Assembly (NCBI GenBank): GCA_036479015.1
Contig: JAZGFB010000007.1
Location: 12,670-76,669, forward strand
DNA from: Paracoccaceae bacterium
GTDB lineage: Bacteria; Pseudomonadota; Alphaproteobacteria; Rhodobacterales; Rhodobacteraceae
Reading direction: 5' to 3'
DNA length: 64,000 bases
Shown piece by piece: positions 41,473-52,039 of this stretch. The notes under the pieces are model-generated. The model did not search any database and was not told the DNA's origin. It worked only from the letters and a program-made list of their open reading frames with translations. Numbering within the stretch: the stretch's first letter is position 1; the number at the start of each line of letters is the position of its first letter. The translations under genes were made by a program, and so were the position numbers.

Positions 41473-41616
41473 ATTTTCAGGTCCAAAACGCAGGGTTGGT
41501 GTGATCATCGCGCTATAGCGACGTTTTGGCGCTTGTGAAAGGCCCCCTGCCCGCATAGGTCCGGCGGTGGGACACCCTTCCCCAACGAAGGGCACTTATC
41601 TGTGAGGATACCAGAG

Positions 41617-42759
41617 ATGACTATACAACAACCGGCCACGCGGCCGGAAAACCCGCGTTTTTCGTCCGGCCCCTGCGCCAAACCCCCCACTTTTTCACTT
41701 GAATCACTGTCTGACGCGCCGCTTGGCCGTTCGCATCGTGCAGCCGTTGGCAAAGCCAAGCTGGCGCAAGCGATTGAAGAGACACGGGATATTCTGAACA
41801 TTCCCGATGATTATCGCATCGGCATCGTTCCGGCATCAGACACCGGCGCCATGGAAATGGCCATGTGGAACCTGCTGGGTGAACGCCCGGTGGAAATGCT
41901 GGCCTGGGAAAGCTTTGGCGCTGGCTGGGTGACCGATGTGGTCAAACAATTAAAGCTGGATGCAAACATTCACACCGCCGATTACGGCCAGATTGTTAAC
42001 TTTTCCGACGTCAACTTTGACAATGACGCTGTGTTCACCTGGAACGGCACCACCAGCGGTGTTCGTCTGCCAAACGGCAATGATATACCCGTTGATCGCC
42101 AAGGGCTTACCCTATGTGACGCCACCAGTGCTGCGTTTGCTATGGACCTGCCTTGGGATCGTTTGGATGCCACAACATTTAGCTGGCAAAAGGTTCTGGG
42201 CGGCGAAGCGGCCCATGGAATGTTAATACTTTCGCCCCGGGCCGTTGCCCGGCTGGAAAGCTATACCCCCGACTGGCCGCTGCCTAAGATTTTCCGCCTG
42301 ACAAAGGCCGGAAAGCTGATTGAAGGAATATTCAAGGGCGCCACCATCAACACCCCATCCATGCTGGCGGTTGAAGACTATTTGCAGGCCCTGAAGTGGG
42401 CCAATTCAGTTGGCGGAATAACCGGCCTGATCGCCCGCGCAGACGCGAATGCGGCAGTGTTAGAGACGTTTTGCGCCGAAAATGACTGGATCGAAAACCT
42501 GGCGGTAGACCCGGCAACACAGTCAAATACATCGGTATGCCTAAAGTTTAACGACCCGCGCATCAGCGATGGTGCGGCCTTTGCCAAGGGCGTCGCAAAG
42601 CGGCTGGAAGCCGAAGCTGTTGCCTATGATATCGGGGCTTACCGGGACGCGCCTGCGGGGTTGCGTATCTGGTGCGGTGGAACGGTGGAAACATCGGACC
42701 TGACGACCCTAACCCCTTGGATTAAATGGGCTTTTGACGCGGAAATCGCAGCAATCTGA
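41617..42759 (+). CDS. serC: Phosphoserine aminotransferase
   Basis: This is the ~380-aa alphaproteobacterial SerC type ([39 protein letters not shown]). GAGGA lies 8 nt before ATG 41617. It is divergent from serB and upstream of serA. Confidence 0.9.
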   Translation: MTIQQPATRPENPRFSSGPCAKPPTFSLESLSDAPLGRSHRAAVGKAKLAQAIEETRDILNIPDDYRIGIVPASDTGAMEMAMWNLLGERPVEMLAWESFGAGWVTDVVKQLKLDANIHTADYGQIVNFSDVNFDNDAVFTWNGTTSGVRLPNGNDIPVDRQGLTLCDATSAAFAMDLPWDRLDATTFSWQKVLGGEAAHGMLILSPRAVARLESYTPDWPLPKIFRLTKAGKLIEGIFKGATINTPSMLAVEDYLQALKWANSVGGITGLIARADANAAVLETFCAENDWIENLAVDPATQSNTSVCLKFNDPRISDGAAFAKGVAKRLEAEAVAYDIGAYRDAPAGLRIWCGGTVETSDLTTLTPWIKWAFDAEIAAI

Positions 42760-42821
42760 CCTAAATCACCAACCATATGAATCCCATATGATTTCCATAT
42801 GACACATGAAGGAGCGCCAAA

Positions 42822-44417
42822 ATGGCCCCGAAAGTTCTAGTATCCGACAAACTATCCGAAACCGCCGTGCAAATTTTCCGGGATCGCGGAATTGATGTGA
42901 CGTTTGAACCTGACCTTGGCAAAGATAAGGTTGCCCTGCTGAAAGCCATCGCTGAATATGACGGGCTGGCCATCAGATCGGCAACCAAAGTTACTGAAAA
43001 AATCCTTGCCAATGCGCCCAACCTAAAAGTTATCGCGCGCGCCGGGATCGGTGTCGACAATGTCGACATTCCGGCGGCATCCAAAAAGGGTGTGATCGTG
43101 ATGAACACGCCGTTCGGCAATTCGATCACCACTGCTGAACACGCGATCGCCTTGATGATGGCTGTGGCGCGGCAAATTCCTGAGGCCAGCGCTTCAACCC
43201 ATGCCGGAAAATGGGAAAAGTCGCGCTTTATGGGTGTTGAGCTGACCAATAAAACCCTGGGCCTGATCGGTGCTGGCAATATCGGTTCAATCGTTGCCGA
43301 ACGCGCCCGCGGACTAAAGATGAAGGTCATCGCCTATGACCCATTCCTAAGCGAAGAGCGCGCCGCCAAAATTGGCGTGACCAAGGTTGAACTGGATGAC
43401 ATTTGGGAGCGCTCGGATTTCATCACTTTCCACGTGCCGCTGACGGATAAGACCCGCAATATTTTGTCGCGCGATGCCATCGCAAAACTGAAACCGGGTG
43501 TGCGGATTATCAACTGTGCCCGCGGCGGTCTGGTGGATGAAGACGCCTTGGCAGATGCCTTGAAAGCGGGCCAGGTTGCCGGTGCCGGGTTTGATGTTTT
43601 TGCCAGCGAACCGGCCACGGACAGCCCATTGTTCAACCTGCCAAACGTAGTGGTGACACCGCATTTGGGGGCGTCAACCAGCGAAGCGCAAGAAAATGTT
43701 GCCGTACAGGTGGCCGAGCAAATGTCAGACTATTTGCTGACGGGTGCGGTGACAAACGCGCTGAACATGCCTTCGGTTACGGCACAGGAAGCCAAAGTAA
43801 TGGGCCCGTGGTTGAAACTGGCGGGTCATCTGGGGGCGTTCGTTGGGCAGTTGACGGATGAGCCGATCAAAGCGATCAACATCCTGTATGATGGTGGTGT
43901 CGGTGATATGAATACCGCCGCCCTGAACGCCGCTGCAGTGGCCGGAATTATGACCGCAAGCAACCCAGAGGTGAACATGGTGTCGGCACCGGTTATTGCC
44001 AAAGAACGTGGCATCAATATTTCAACCACAACCCAGGACAAAAGCGGTGTGTTTGATGCGTTTATCAAGCTGACCGTGGTGACAACCAAGCGCGAGCGTT
44101 CAATTGCTGGCACGGTGTTTTCCGACAATAAGCCCCGGTTCATTCAGATCAAAGGCATCAATATTGATGCCGAGGTTGGCCAGCACATGCTGTACACGAC
44201 AAACAATGATACGCCCGGCATTATCGGCACATTGGGCCAGACTTTGGGGGCGGGTGGCGTCAATATTGCCAACTTTACCCTGGGCCGGGCTGAACAAAGC
44301 GGTGACGCGATCGCGTTGCTATTTGTGGATAACGTGGTGCCGGGCGCTGTTCTGGACAAGCTGGGCGAAACCGGTTTGTTTAAACAGGTGCGCGCAATGG
44401 AATTTGACGTGGGGTAA
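42822..44417 (+). CDS. serA: D-3-phosphoglycerate dehydrogenase
   Basis: 531 aa with NAD motif GLIGAGNIGS, catalytic RGG/HLG blocks and a C-terminal ACT domain. Confidence 0.95.
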   Translation: MAPKVLVSDKLSETAVQIFRDRGIDVTFEPDLGKDKVALLKAIAEYDGLAIRSATKVTEKILANAPNLKVIARAGIGVDNVDIPAASKKGVIVMNTPFGNSITTAEHAIALMMAVARQIPEASASTHAGKWEKSRFMGVELTNKTLGLIGAGNIGSIVAERARGLKMKVIAYDPFLSEERAAKIGVTKVELDDIWERSDFITFHVPLTDKTRNILSRDAIAKLKPGVRIINCARGGLVDEDALADALKAGQVAGAGFDVFASEPATDSPLFNLPNVVVTPHLGASTSEAQENVAVQVAEQMSDYLLTGAVTNALNMPSVTAQEAKVMGPWLKLAGHLGAFVGQLTDEPIKAINILYDGGVGDMNTAALNAAAVAGIMTASNPEVNMVSAPVIAKERGINISTTTQDKSGVFDAFIKLTVVTTKRERSIAGTVFSDNKPRFIQIKGINIDAEVGQHMLYTTNNDTPGIIGTLGQTLGAGGVNIANFTLGRAEQSGDAIALLFVDNVVPGAVLDKLGETGLFKQVRAMEFDVG

Positions 44418-44423
44418 AACTGA

Positions 44424-45263
44424 TTGGGTCGTATCTATGCCATCGGGGATATCCATGGGCATCTGGACAGGTTGCGTTCTGTTCACCATTGGATTGACGC
44501 GGATCATCATCTGCATGGCGGCGACTATGTCGTTGTCCATGTGGGTGACCTGACGGATCGTGGGCCAGACAGCGCCGGTGTCATTCAGTTTCTGATTGAT
44601 GGGCTGTCGCGGGGGCAGCCCTGGGTGGTTCTGCGCGGCAACCATGATCGGATGATGTCGCTGTATTTGCAGGACCCTTCTGCGCAGGATGGGCGTTTGC
44701 GCGCTGATTACAGCTGGTTGCACCATCGCCTTGGCGGACTGACAACGCTGGCGTCTTATGGGGTGCTTCCGGCGGAAGAAACCAACCCGAAAATTCCAAA
44801 AGGCAAGCATTGGCTGCACCAAAAAAGCGGTGGACGTGAGACGCTGACATCTTATGGCATCGACCTGAACAGCGTTCCTGATCGTGAGCTGGCGCAGGCC
44901 GCCCGCGCCGCTGTTCCACCACAACATCAGGCGTTTCTGGCCGGGTTAGACACGATGTATCGCAGCCCTGATGCGGTATTTGTCCATGCGGGAATTAAAC
45001 CTGGCGTGGCAATTGAAGATCAGGTTGAAGATGATCTGATCTGGATACGTGAACCGTTTTTAAACGACAGGCGCGACCATGGGCCATTGATCATCCATGG
45101 TCACACGCCGATTGATGCGCCCACCCATTATGGCAACCGGGTTAATATCGACAGTGGCGTGGCCTTTGGCGGGCCGCTGTCGGTGATTGTGGTTGAAAGG
45201 CGCGATGTCTGGAACCTAACCGCGGCGGGCCGGGTGCCAATGCAGCCGGTTAACCCGCTATAA
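44424..45263 (+). CDS. Metallophosphoesterase (Ser/Thr phosphatase / ApaH-like)
   Basis: Contains IYAIGDIHGHLD, GDLTDRGPDS, LRGNHD and GHTP. TTG start at 44424. Confidence 0.85.
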   Translation: MGRIYAIGDIHGHLDRLRSVHHWIDADHHLHGGDYVVVHVGDLTDRGPDSAGVIQFLIDGLSRGQPWVVLRGNHDRMMSLYLQDPSAQDGRLRADYSWLHHRLGGLTTLASYGVLPAEETNPKIPKGKHWLHQKSGGRETLTSYGIDLNSVPDRELAQAARAAVPPQHQAFLAGLDTMYRSPDAVFVHAGIKPGVAIEDQVEDDLIWIREPFLNDRRDHGPLIIHGHTPIDAPTHYGNRVNIDSGVAFGGPLSVIVVERRDVWNLTAAGRVPMQPVNPL

Positions 45264-45600
45264 ATTCAACCCGGTTCCCCACGGGGTCATCGGTAAAAAA
45301 CCGTTGGCGTCCGGCAATTGCATCGTCCCATCTGACCGGGTGGTTAGCTTTTTCCAACCTGGCGGCCAGGGTGTCTATTTCTGCCACCACGAATGCCGGA
45401 AGCGCCTTTTTGGCGGGTATGAAACTTGCGTCCACTCCCAGATGTATTTCAATGTTGCCGGTTGCAAACCATGCCCCGCCACGCGCCGCCAGTTGGGGTG
45501 GTTTTTCAAGCTCTTGCAGCCCAATGACACCGCCCCAGAATTTGCGGCATTCGGGCTCTGAACCTGCGGGGATTGCCAGTTGAACGTGATCCAGCTGCAT
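45250..45600 (-). CDS. VOC-family (glyoxalase/bleomycin-resistance fold) protein
   Basis: 116 aa. It starts MQLDHVQLAIPAG and ends FFTDDPVGNRVEF, the typical VOC beta-alpha-beta-beta-beta pattern. Confidence 0.8.
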   Translation of the reverse strand: MQLDHVQLAIPAGSEPECRKFWGGVIGLQELEKPPQLAARGGAWFATGNIEIHLGVDASFIPAKKALPAFVVAEIDTLAARLEKANHPVRWDDAIAGRQRFFTDDPVGNRVEFIAG

Positions 45601-45667
45601 CTTTGTTCCTTAAATATCCTTATCAAAGACAGTTCTTAAACAGGCCTGTGCCCAAAAACATACCCTA

Positions 45668-47707
45668 TTACACGTCTTGCAGTACGGCTAAAAAGGCGGC
45701 CCCAAAACGGTCGGCCCGGCGTTCACCTAATATTCGATCAAGCATAGCGCGGTCTGATCTGCCCATTGTGGCAACTTTGGCCAGCAAAGATGCCGAGCAA
45801 GAGAGCGGTTTTTCGGTGCCGTTTTCCCCTGTGGCCAGGTCGGTCTGTGCTTGCAGCAGACGGTCATAGAGTGCGCCCTGTTCACGGCCCGCAAGTTGGC
45901 GCCGTTTGGGGTGCAGCTCTGGCGCAGCTTCGCCCAGAACAACGCCCAGAAAATCTGCCCCGTAGCGTTCCAGCTTGGTGGCACCAATGCCGTTGATCCC
46001 TGCCATTGCATCCAGATCAGTGGGGCGGGTTTGGGCAATTTCAATCAAGGTGCGGTCATTAAAAACGATATAGGCGGGGACATTCACGGCCTCGGCCAGG
46101 GCGCGGCGCTTGGCCTTAAGTGCTGACAATAGCGGCGCATCTTCATCAGAGACCAGCGATTTGACCGGCGCGCGGCGCGTAAATTTCTGAACCGCGTCCA
46201 GGCGCAGGGTAATCGTGGCCTCATCACGCAAAAGCGGGCGGGCGTTTTCAGTCATGCGCAGCCCGCCGTGGCGTTCGGGGTCGGGGCGGAGCAGGTCGCG
46301 GCCCATCATCTGGCGAAACACGCCCTGCCACTGGCGGCGGTCATATTCGCGACCCACACCAAAGGTTGGCAGTTGATCATGGCCGCGCTGACGCACCTTG
46401 TCGGTTTCATTGCCGGTCAGAATATCAATCAGATGGCCCGCGCCAAAATATTCACCGGTGCGCAACGCCGCTGACAGTGCTTTGCGCACGGCCAGGGTGG
46501 CATCAAACAATTCCGGTGGTGAGGCGCACAGGTCGCAATTGCCGCAAGGCTCAATGGTTTCGCCAAAATATTCCAACAGGTTTTGGCGGCGGCATTTCAA
46601 AGCATCTGCCAACCCCAGCAACGCATTCAAACGCCCGTGATCCGCCGTGCGGCGTGCAGATGGCGCCGGGCTTTCATCAATTTGCGAGCGGCGAAACCGG
46701 ATATCATCGGCACCAAACAGCGTCAGCGTGTCGGCGGGTGCACCGTCGCGGCCCGCGCGGCCAATTTCCTGATAGTAGGATTCAACCGATTTGGGCAGGT
46801 CAGCATGGGCGACCCAGCGTATGTCTGGTTTATCGACCCCCATGCCAAAGGCGACAGTTGCCACCACGATCAGCCCGTCCTGTTGCTGAAAACGGGCTTC
46901 CACATCGCGGCGCATCTGTGCGTCCATACCACCGTGATAGGCGCAGGCATTGTGCCCCTCTGCGCTTAATGCCGCGGCAAGTGTTTCGGTTTTGGCGCGG
47001 GTGCCACAATAGACAATGCCCGGCTGACCCCGGCGGTCGGCGGCAAAAGCCAGTATTTGTTTGCGGGGCGCGTCTTTGGCGGCAAAGGCCAGGTGAATAT
47101 TGGGGCGATCAAAGCCGTGCAAAAACACCTGTGGCGGGGCATCCTTGAACAACCGTTCGACTATTTCGGCGCGGGTTTCTTCGTCGGCGGTGGCGGTAAA
47201 GGCGGCAAGCGGTACGTTCAGGGCGCTGCGCAATTCACCGATGCGCAGGTAATCCGGGCGGAAATCATGGCCCCATTGGCTGACGCAATGGGCCTCATCC
47301 ACGGCGATCAGCGTGGTTCCGATGCGGCGCAACAGGTTGAGCGTGCCCCCCGATGCAAGCCGCTCGGGCGCCATATACAGCAGTTTCAGCGTGCCAGCAT
47401 CCAGGGCGGCAAACACTTGGTCGGTTTCTTCCTGGGTATTGCCCGATGTCAGCGCACCAGCGGCGACACCTGCGGCGCGCATGGCACGCACCTGATCCCG
47501 CATCAATGCAATCAGCGGAGATATAACGACGGTCACGCCATCACGCATCAGCGCGGGCAATTGAAAACACAGGGATTTACCACCGCCGGTTGGCATAATC
47601 GCAAGGGTGTTGCGACCCGCAACCACGGCATCAACTATTTCGGCCTGACCCGGGCGAAACGCATCAAAACCGAAGACTGAAGATAAAAGCTGGGAAGCGC
47701 TGGGCAT
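45668..47707 (-). CDS. recQ: ATP-dependent DNA helicase RecQ
   Basis: Contains FGFDAFRPGQAEIV, PTGGGKSLCFQLPA and VDEAHCVSQWGHDFRP, plus a Zn/RQC region (CGNCDLC) and a C-terminal HRDC. I take the start at ATG 47707. Confidence 0.95.
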   Translation of the reverse strand: MPSASQLLSSVFGFDAFRPGQAEIVDAVVAGRNTLAIMPTGGGKSLCFQLPALMRDGVTVVISPLIALMRDQVRAMRAAGVAAGALTSGNTQEETDQVFAALDAGTLKLLYMAPERLASGGTLNLLRRIGTTLIAVDEAHCVSQWGHDFRPDYLRIGELRSALNVPLAAFTATADEETRAEIVERLFKDAPPQVFLHGFDRPNIHLAFAAKDAPRKQILAFAADRRGQPGIVYCGTRAKTETLAAALSAEGHNACAYHGGMDAQMRRDVEARFQQQDGLIVVATVAFGMGVDKPDIRWVAHADLPKSVESYYQEIGRAGRDGAPADTLTLFGADDIRFRRSQIDESPAPSARRTADHGRLNALLGLADALKCRRQNLLEYFGETIEPCGNCDLCASPPELFDATLAVRKALSAALRTGEYFGAGHLIDILTGNETDKVRQRGHDQLPTFGVGREYDRRQWQGVFRQMMGRDLLRPDPERHGGLRMTENARPLLRDEATITLRLDAVQKFTRRAPVKSLVSDEDAPLLSALKAKRRALAEAVNVPAYIVFNDRTLIEIAQTRPTDLDAMAGINGIGATKLERYGADFLGVVLGEAAPELHPKRRQLAGREQGALYDRLLQAQTDLATGENGTEKPLSCSASLLAKVATMGRSDRAMLDRILGERRADRFGAAFLAVLQDV

Positions 47708-47779
47708 GGGCTGGGTCAATTTATGTGGTGTTTTGGAAGGCAACTCTTCCCATATGCAGAATCCGCGAACAAGCGACTT

Positions 47780-47811
47780 TCTTCTTTTCCTAAATATCCC
47801 CGCCGGAGGCA
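47780..47811. repeat. 32-nt interspersed intergenic repeat, copy 2
   Basis: TCTTCTTTTCCTAAATATCCCCGCCGGAGGCA lies between the yggT stop and the recQ start. Confidence 0.7.
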
Positions 47812-47830
47812 CTTTGTATTTGGGCAGCGG

Positions 47831-48133
47831 TCAGAAAAATGCAGCTGCGTTATTGTGCAGAATTATGCGCAGGGAAAAGATCCCAAGCAAGACAACCAGC
47901 GGCGCCAGGTCCAGCCCGCCCATATCTGGCAGCATCCGCCGGATCGGGCCATATAGGGGCTCAAGCAAACGGTTAAGACCGTACCAAAGCTGTGCCACCA
48001 TTGGTTGGCGCAGATTAAGCACCTGGAAGTTGATCAGCCAGCTCATGATGATATGGGCAATCAGAATAAACCAGACCACATCCAGAAGCAGATTGAGAAT
48101 TTGAAAAAGCGATGTCATCGGTATTCCCGTCAA
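47831..48133 (-). CDS. yggT: YggT-family membrane protein
   Basis: 100 aa with hydrophobic helices and PIRRMLPDMGGLDLAPLVVLL, a YggT hallmark. Confidence 0.8.
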   Translation of the reverse strand: MTGIPMTSLFQILNLLLDVVWFILIAHIIMSWLINFQVLNLRQPMVAQLWYGLNRLLEPLYGPIRRMLPDMGGLDLAPLVVLLGIFSLRIILHNNAAAFF

Positions 48134-48247
48134 TTTTGTTTGAATTTATCTAAGCGCCACCAGTGGTGCTGACAAGGCCTGTATTGACGCGACGTTTACA
48201 CTTGCGCCGGTCGGCCACTGCATTTCTATACGCCTAAGGAGATTAAT

Positions 48248-48784
48248 ATGTATCCAATTTTTCGCATGGCCAAGGAAATGGTGATCCACCGCCGCAAACC
48301 AAAACTGGATGCGCTTGGAACCCACGTGTCGCACCACATGTGCTGGCCCTGGGATCTTGACCTGTGGATGGAGCTGAACAACGGCCGCACATTGACGCTG
48401 TTTGATCTGGGGCGCCTGCCATTGGCGCAACGTATTGGGCTGGGGCAAGTGCTGTTGCAAAACAAATGGGGCATGACTGTTGCCGGGGTTTCTGTGCGGT
48501 ATCGCAAACGCATACGTGTGTTTGAAACCGTGCAAATGCGCAGCCGGTCTGTGGGCTGGGATGATCGGTTCATTTACCTGGACCAATCCATGTGGAACCG
48601 GGCCGGTGACTGCACCACCCAGGGGCTGTTTCGCATGGCTGTGACCGGCAAAAACGGCATTATTTCCCCGGATCAGGTTGCCCATGAGATGGGCTATGAT
48701 CAGGCAAGGCCAGAATTGCCGAACTGGGTGAATGCCTGGGTTAAGGCCGACGCCCAGCGGCCCTGGCCGCCCACCAACCCCTGA
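48248..48784 (+). CDS. Hotdog-fold acyl-CoA thioesterase family protein
   Basis: 178 aa. The pattern WPWDLDLWMELNNGRTLTLFDLGR ... VRYRKRIRVFE resembles 4HBT_2-type thioesterases as I remember them. Confidence 0.6.
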   Translation: MYPIFRMAKEMVIHRRKPKLDALGTHVSHHMCWPWDLDLWMELNNGRTLTLFDLGRLPLAQRIGLGQVLLQNKWGMTVAGVSVRYRKRIRVFETVQMRSRSVGWDDRFIYLDQSMWNRAGDCTTQGLFRMAVTGKNGIISPDQVAHEMGYDQARPELPNWVNAWVKADAQRPWPPTNP

Positions 48785-48852
48785 TACCAGATACAAACGG
48801 TTGCGCCGGGCTGGCTTTGCCTATTCAATCACCCGAAACACAAACAGGGAAT

Positions 48853-50229
48853 ATGGGCATGGCTGAAGTATCAGCGAAAAAACGCATTTGGGGCTGGATG
48901 ATGTTTGATCTGGCCAGTCAGCCCTATAACACCTTGTTGCTGACCTTTATTTTTGGTCCGTATTTCGCGTCGGTTGTTGCAGATGCGTATATTTTGGGGG
49001 GCATGGATGTGGACGCCGCCAACGCCCGCACCCAAAGCGTTTGGTCACTGGGGCTGACGATTGCCGGTGTTTTGATCGCGCTTTCAGCGCCTGTTCTGGG
49101 GGCCATGGCCGACATATCCGGGCGCCGCATGCCGTGGATATATTTGTTTTCGGCATTCTATGTTGTCGGCGCATCGGCCCTATGGTGGATGCTGCCTGAT
49201 GCCTCAAACACCAATATCATGCTGGCGGCGTTTATCATCGGTTTCATTGGCATGGAGTTCACCACTATATTCACCAACGCCATTCTGCCCGAGCTGGGCA
49301 CCAAAGAGGAAATCGGCCAAATATCCGGGTCGGGCTTTGCCTTTGGCTATTGGGGCGGTTTGATATCACTGTTCATCATGCTGCTGTTTTTCGCCGAAGG
49401 CGATGATGGTAAAACTTTCATTGGGTTATCCCCGTTGTTTGGTTTGGATGCCGAAGCCCGCGAGGGCACGCGCTTTGTTGGGCCCTTTAGCGCCATCTGG
49501 TTTGCGGTGGTGATGACAGTTTTCTTCTTATGGGTGAAAGAGGTTCCAAAACCTTCCAAAACCGCCGCCACAGTGGGCAATGCCCTGGCAGAACTGGGCC
49601 GCACCATCAAAAACCTGCCCAAGAACCCATCATTGGCAACCTATCTGGGGTCATCATTGTTTTACCGCGATGCGCTAAACGGGCTGTACGGATTTGGCGG
49701 AGTATACGCCACTTTGGTTCTGGAATGGTCGATCACAAGTATCGGTATTTTTGGCATTATCGGCGCCTTAACGGCGGCAATATTTTCCTGGCTTGGTGGC
49801 AAGTTTGACAGCAAATTGGGGCCAAAACCGGTTATTGTCACCTGCATTTTGGTACTGATCGCGGTGTGCGCCACCATCGTTGGCATGACGCGCGAAAGCT
49901 TTTTTGGCTTTGAACTGGCAGCGGGTTCCAGCCTGCCTGACACGGTTTTCTTTATCTGTGGCGGCGTTATTGGGGCCGCGGGTGGTGCATTGCAGGCGTC
50001 ATCACGCACAATGATGGTGCGCCACGCCCACCCGGAACGCGCCACCGAAGCCTTTGGCCTGTACGCCCTGTCGGGCAAAGCCACGTCATTTCTGGCCCCG
50101 GCGCTGATCGGTGCCGTGACATTCATGACCGGCAGCGCGCGCCTGGGCATTAGCCCGCTGATCGGGCTTTTCGTATTGGGGCTGGTGCTGTTAATCTGGG
50201 TGAAACCTGACCCGGAAGTGGTGGATTGA
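48853..50229 (+). CDS. MFS transporter (UMF1/Atg22-like)
   Basis: About 12 TM helices, with N-terminus KRIWGWMMFDLASQPYNTLLLTFIF typical of the UMF1 family. The start could be 48817 (TTG), 48853 or 48859. Confidence 0.75.
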   Translation: MGMAEVSAKKRIWGWMMFDLASQPYNTLLLTFIFGPYFASVVADAYILGGMDVDAANARTQSVWSLGLTIAGVLIALSAPVLGAMADISGRRMPWIYLFSAFYVVGASALWWMLPDASNTNIMLAAFIIGFIGMEFTTIFTNAILPELGTKEEIGQISGSGFAFGYWGGLISLFIMLLFFAEGDDGKTFIGLSPLFGLDAEAREGTRFVGPFSAIWFAVVMTVFFLWVKEVPKPSKTAATVGNALAELGRTIKNLPKNPSLATYLGSSLFYRDALNGLYGFGGVYATLVLEWSITSIGIFGIIGALTAAIFSWLGGKFDSKLGPKPVIVTCILVLIAVCATIVGMTRESFFGFELAAGSSLPDTVFFICGGVIGAAGGALQASSRTMMVRHAHPERATEAFGLYALSGKATSFLAPALIGAVTFMTGSARLGISPLIGLFVLGLVLLIWVKPDPEVVD

Positions 50230-51083
50230 TGCGCCGACTGTTTGCCATTGCCATATGCGCAAGCTGGCTGGCCCTGCCCGCCGGGGCCAACAGTATTGCC
50301 AAGGAACTTTTCGGCCATGTTGATGCCGGTTCAGAGCAGGCCGCTGCACCCTATGGCGGATATGCCAAGGGTTGTTTGGCGGGCGGTGAACAATTACCTG
50401 AAACCGGGGCGACCTGGCAGTCAATGCGCCTAAGTCGCAACCGCAATTGGGCGCACCCCGAAACCGTGGCATTCATTGAGCGTCTGTCGCGCAAGGCTGC
50501 GCGGCAAAAGGGCTGGCAAGGTCTGTATGTCGGGGACATGTCCCAGCCCCGGGGCGGGCCAATGCTAACCGGTCACCGCAGCCACCAAACCGGGCTGGAT
50601 GTGGATATATGGATGCTGCCCCCTGATCGGTTAAACCTAAGCGCCACCGAACGGGAAAACCTGTCGTCAATTTCCATGCGCCGCGCCGCTGGGGCCTATG
50701 TAAACGACAGTTGGACCCCCCAGCATATGGCGATACTGAAAGCCGCCGCCAGGGATAAGGCCGTGGCGCGTATTTTCGTGTTTCCCGGGGCCAAGGTTCA
50801 GATGTGCAAGGATGCCAAAGGCAACCGCAGTTGGCTGCGCAAAATCAGGCCCTGGTGGGGGCATCACTATCATTTTCATGTCCGTCTTTTGTGCCCAAAA
50901 GGCGCGAATGGCTGCACGAACCAGGCCCCGCCACCGCCCGGTGATGGCTGCGCCGCCGCTGACAGCTGGGTGCGCGATATTTTGAACCCACCACCGCCCA
51001 GTACAACCCCGAAACCGCCGCGCCGCGAATACGTGCTGGCAGATTTACCAAAGCAATGCGCAGCAGTCTTACAGTCGCAATAA
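50229..51083 (+). CDS. mepA: Penicillin-insensitive murein endopeptidase
   Basis: It has a signal peptide, GHRSHQTGLDVDIW and WGHHYHFHVRL, which are MepA metal-ligand blocks. Its start overlaps the MFS stop. Confidence 0.85.
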   Translation: MRRLFAIAICASWLALPAGANSIAKELFGHVDAGSEQAAAPYGGYAKGCLAGGEQLPETGATWQSMRLSRNRNWAHPETVAFIERLSRKAARQKGWQGLYVGDMSQPRGGPMLTGHRSHQTGLDVDIWMLPPDRLNLSATERENLSSISMRRAAGAYVNDSWTPQHMAILKAAARDKAVARIFVFPGAKVQMCKDAKGNRSWLRKIRPWWGHHYHFHVRLLCPKGANGCTNQAPPPPGDGCAAADSWVRDILNPPPPSTTPKPPRREYVLADLPKQCAAVLQSQ

Positions 51084-51955
51084 TCGCCACGACCGCCTTG
51101 GTCATGGGGTTGGGCAGCTTCGCCCAGTCCCCTGGCAAGGCGTCGTGGTTGGCGTCCTATCGCTGGGCCGCTGATCTGCCCGGGTTTGGTGGGTTTTCAG
51201 GGCTGAAAGTAGATGCTGATGGTTCTGGATTTATCACCGTAAGCGACGGTGGCATTGTCGGTCAGGGTGGCTTTGAACGCGCTGATGACAGCGGCACTAT
51301 CACCGGGATTTCTGGCTATACTTTTGGGCCGCTGAAAACGTCAAAAGGTGAGCCGACTAAAGGTTACACGAATGACGCCGAGGGGTTGGCCCTGCGCCCC
51401 GATGGCAGTCTTGTGGTTTCCTTTGAAGGGTTTCACCGGATCATGACCTATGAAACCCCGGATGCAAGTGCGGTTTGGCACAAGCACAACAAAGCATTTA
51501 ACGATTTGCAGAATAATTCAGGGCTGGAAGTTCTGGCCTATGACAGCGACGGGGTGCTGTATGCAATACCCGAACGTTCCGGTGTCCTGACCCGGCCGTT
51601 TCCGGTGTATCGGTTCAAAGATTTTGAATGGGATCAACCCTTTGGCATTCCACGTCAGCCGCCGTTCTTACCGGTTGGCGGCGATTTTGGACCTGATGGG
51701 AAATTCTACCTGCTTGAGCGCCATCTAAGCGGTATTTTTGGCTTTCAGTCACGGGTGCGGCGGTTTGAAATTTCGGACACTGGTGTTTCGAATGAACAGG
51801 TGCTGTTTGAAACGTCCCCCGGAACCCACGACAATCTGGAAGGTATTTCAGTGTGGCGTGATCCGGCGGGTGACATCCGTATCACCATGATTTCAGATGA
51901 TAATTTCCGGGCGTTTCAGCGTACAGAATTCGTGGAATACCGGGTGACGGAATAG
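51056..51955 (+). CDS. Esterase-like activity of phytase family protein (beta-propeller)
   Basis: It has a signal peptide and repeated FSGL/EGL blocks (GGFSGLKVDADGSGFITVSD, DAEGLALRPDG, NNSGLEVLAYDSDG, DNLEGISVW). Confidence 0.6.
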   Translation: MRSSLTVAIIATTALVMGLGSFAQSPGKASWLASYRWAADLPGFGGFSGLKVDADGSGFITVSDGGIVGQGGFERADDSGTITGISGYTFGPLKTSKGEPTKGYTNDAEGLALRPDGSLVVSFEGFHRIMTYETPDASAVWHKHNKAFNDLQNNSGLEVLAYDSDGVLYAIPERSGVLTRPFPVYRFKDFEWDQPFGIPRQPPFLPVGGDFGPDGKFYLLERHLSGIFGFQSRVRRFEISDTGVSNEQVLFETSPGTHDNLEGISVWRDPAGDIRITMISDDNFRAFQRTEFVEYRVTE

Positions 51956-52039
51956 CTTGCTTTATGGGGCGGCACTGGGTATGACACCCCGTCCCAAAAG
52001 GGGCCAAGTATCCGCAACCTTGATAAAACGGAAAATATC

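Noticed and set aside
46366-47148. Long antisense or alternative-frame ORFs listed in the track. Examples: 46366..47148 (+) and 47057..47680 (+) opposite recQ, 48146..48796 (-) opposite the thioesterase, 52189..52866 (-) opposite yhhQ, 26131..26799 (+), 27185..27793 (+), 49662..50318 (-), 44319..44927 (-), 56957..57565 (-), 42761..43330 (-).
   Set aside because: Each lies entirely inside a gene with strong family motifs on the other strand or frame. Their products are Arg/Pro/Gly/Ala-rich low-complexity strings, typical of shadow ORFs in GC-rich coding DNA.
51956-52039. Possible preQ1 riboswitch upstream of the queuosine-precursor transporter yhhQ.
   Set aside because: I see only a short CCCCGTCCC/GGGGCC-type hairpin. 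I could not find the conserved preQ1-I/II/III core sequences. A covariance-model scan is needed before any call.
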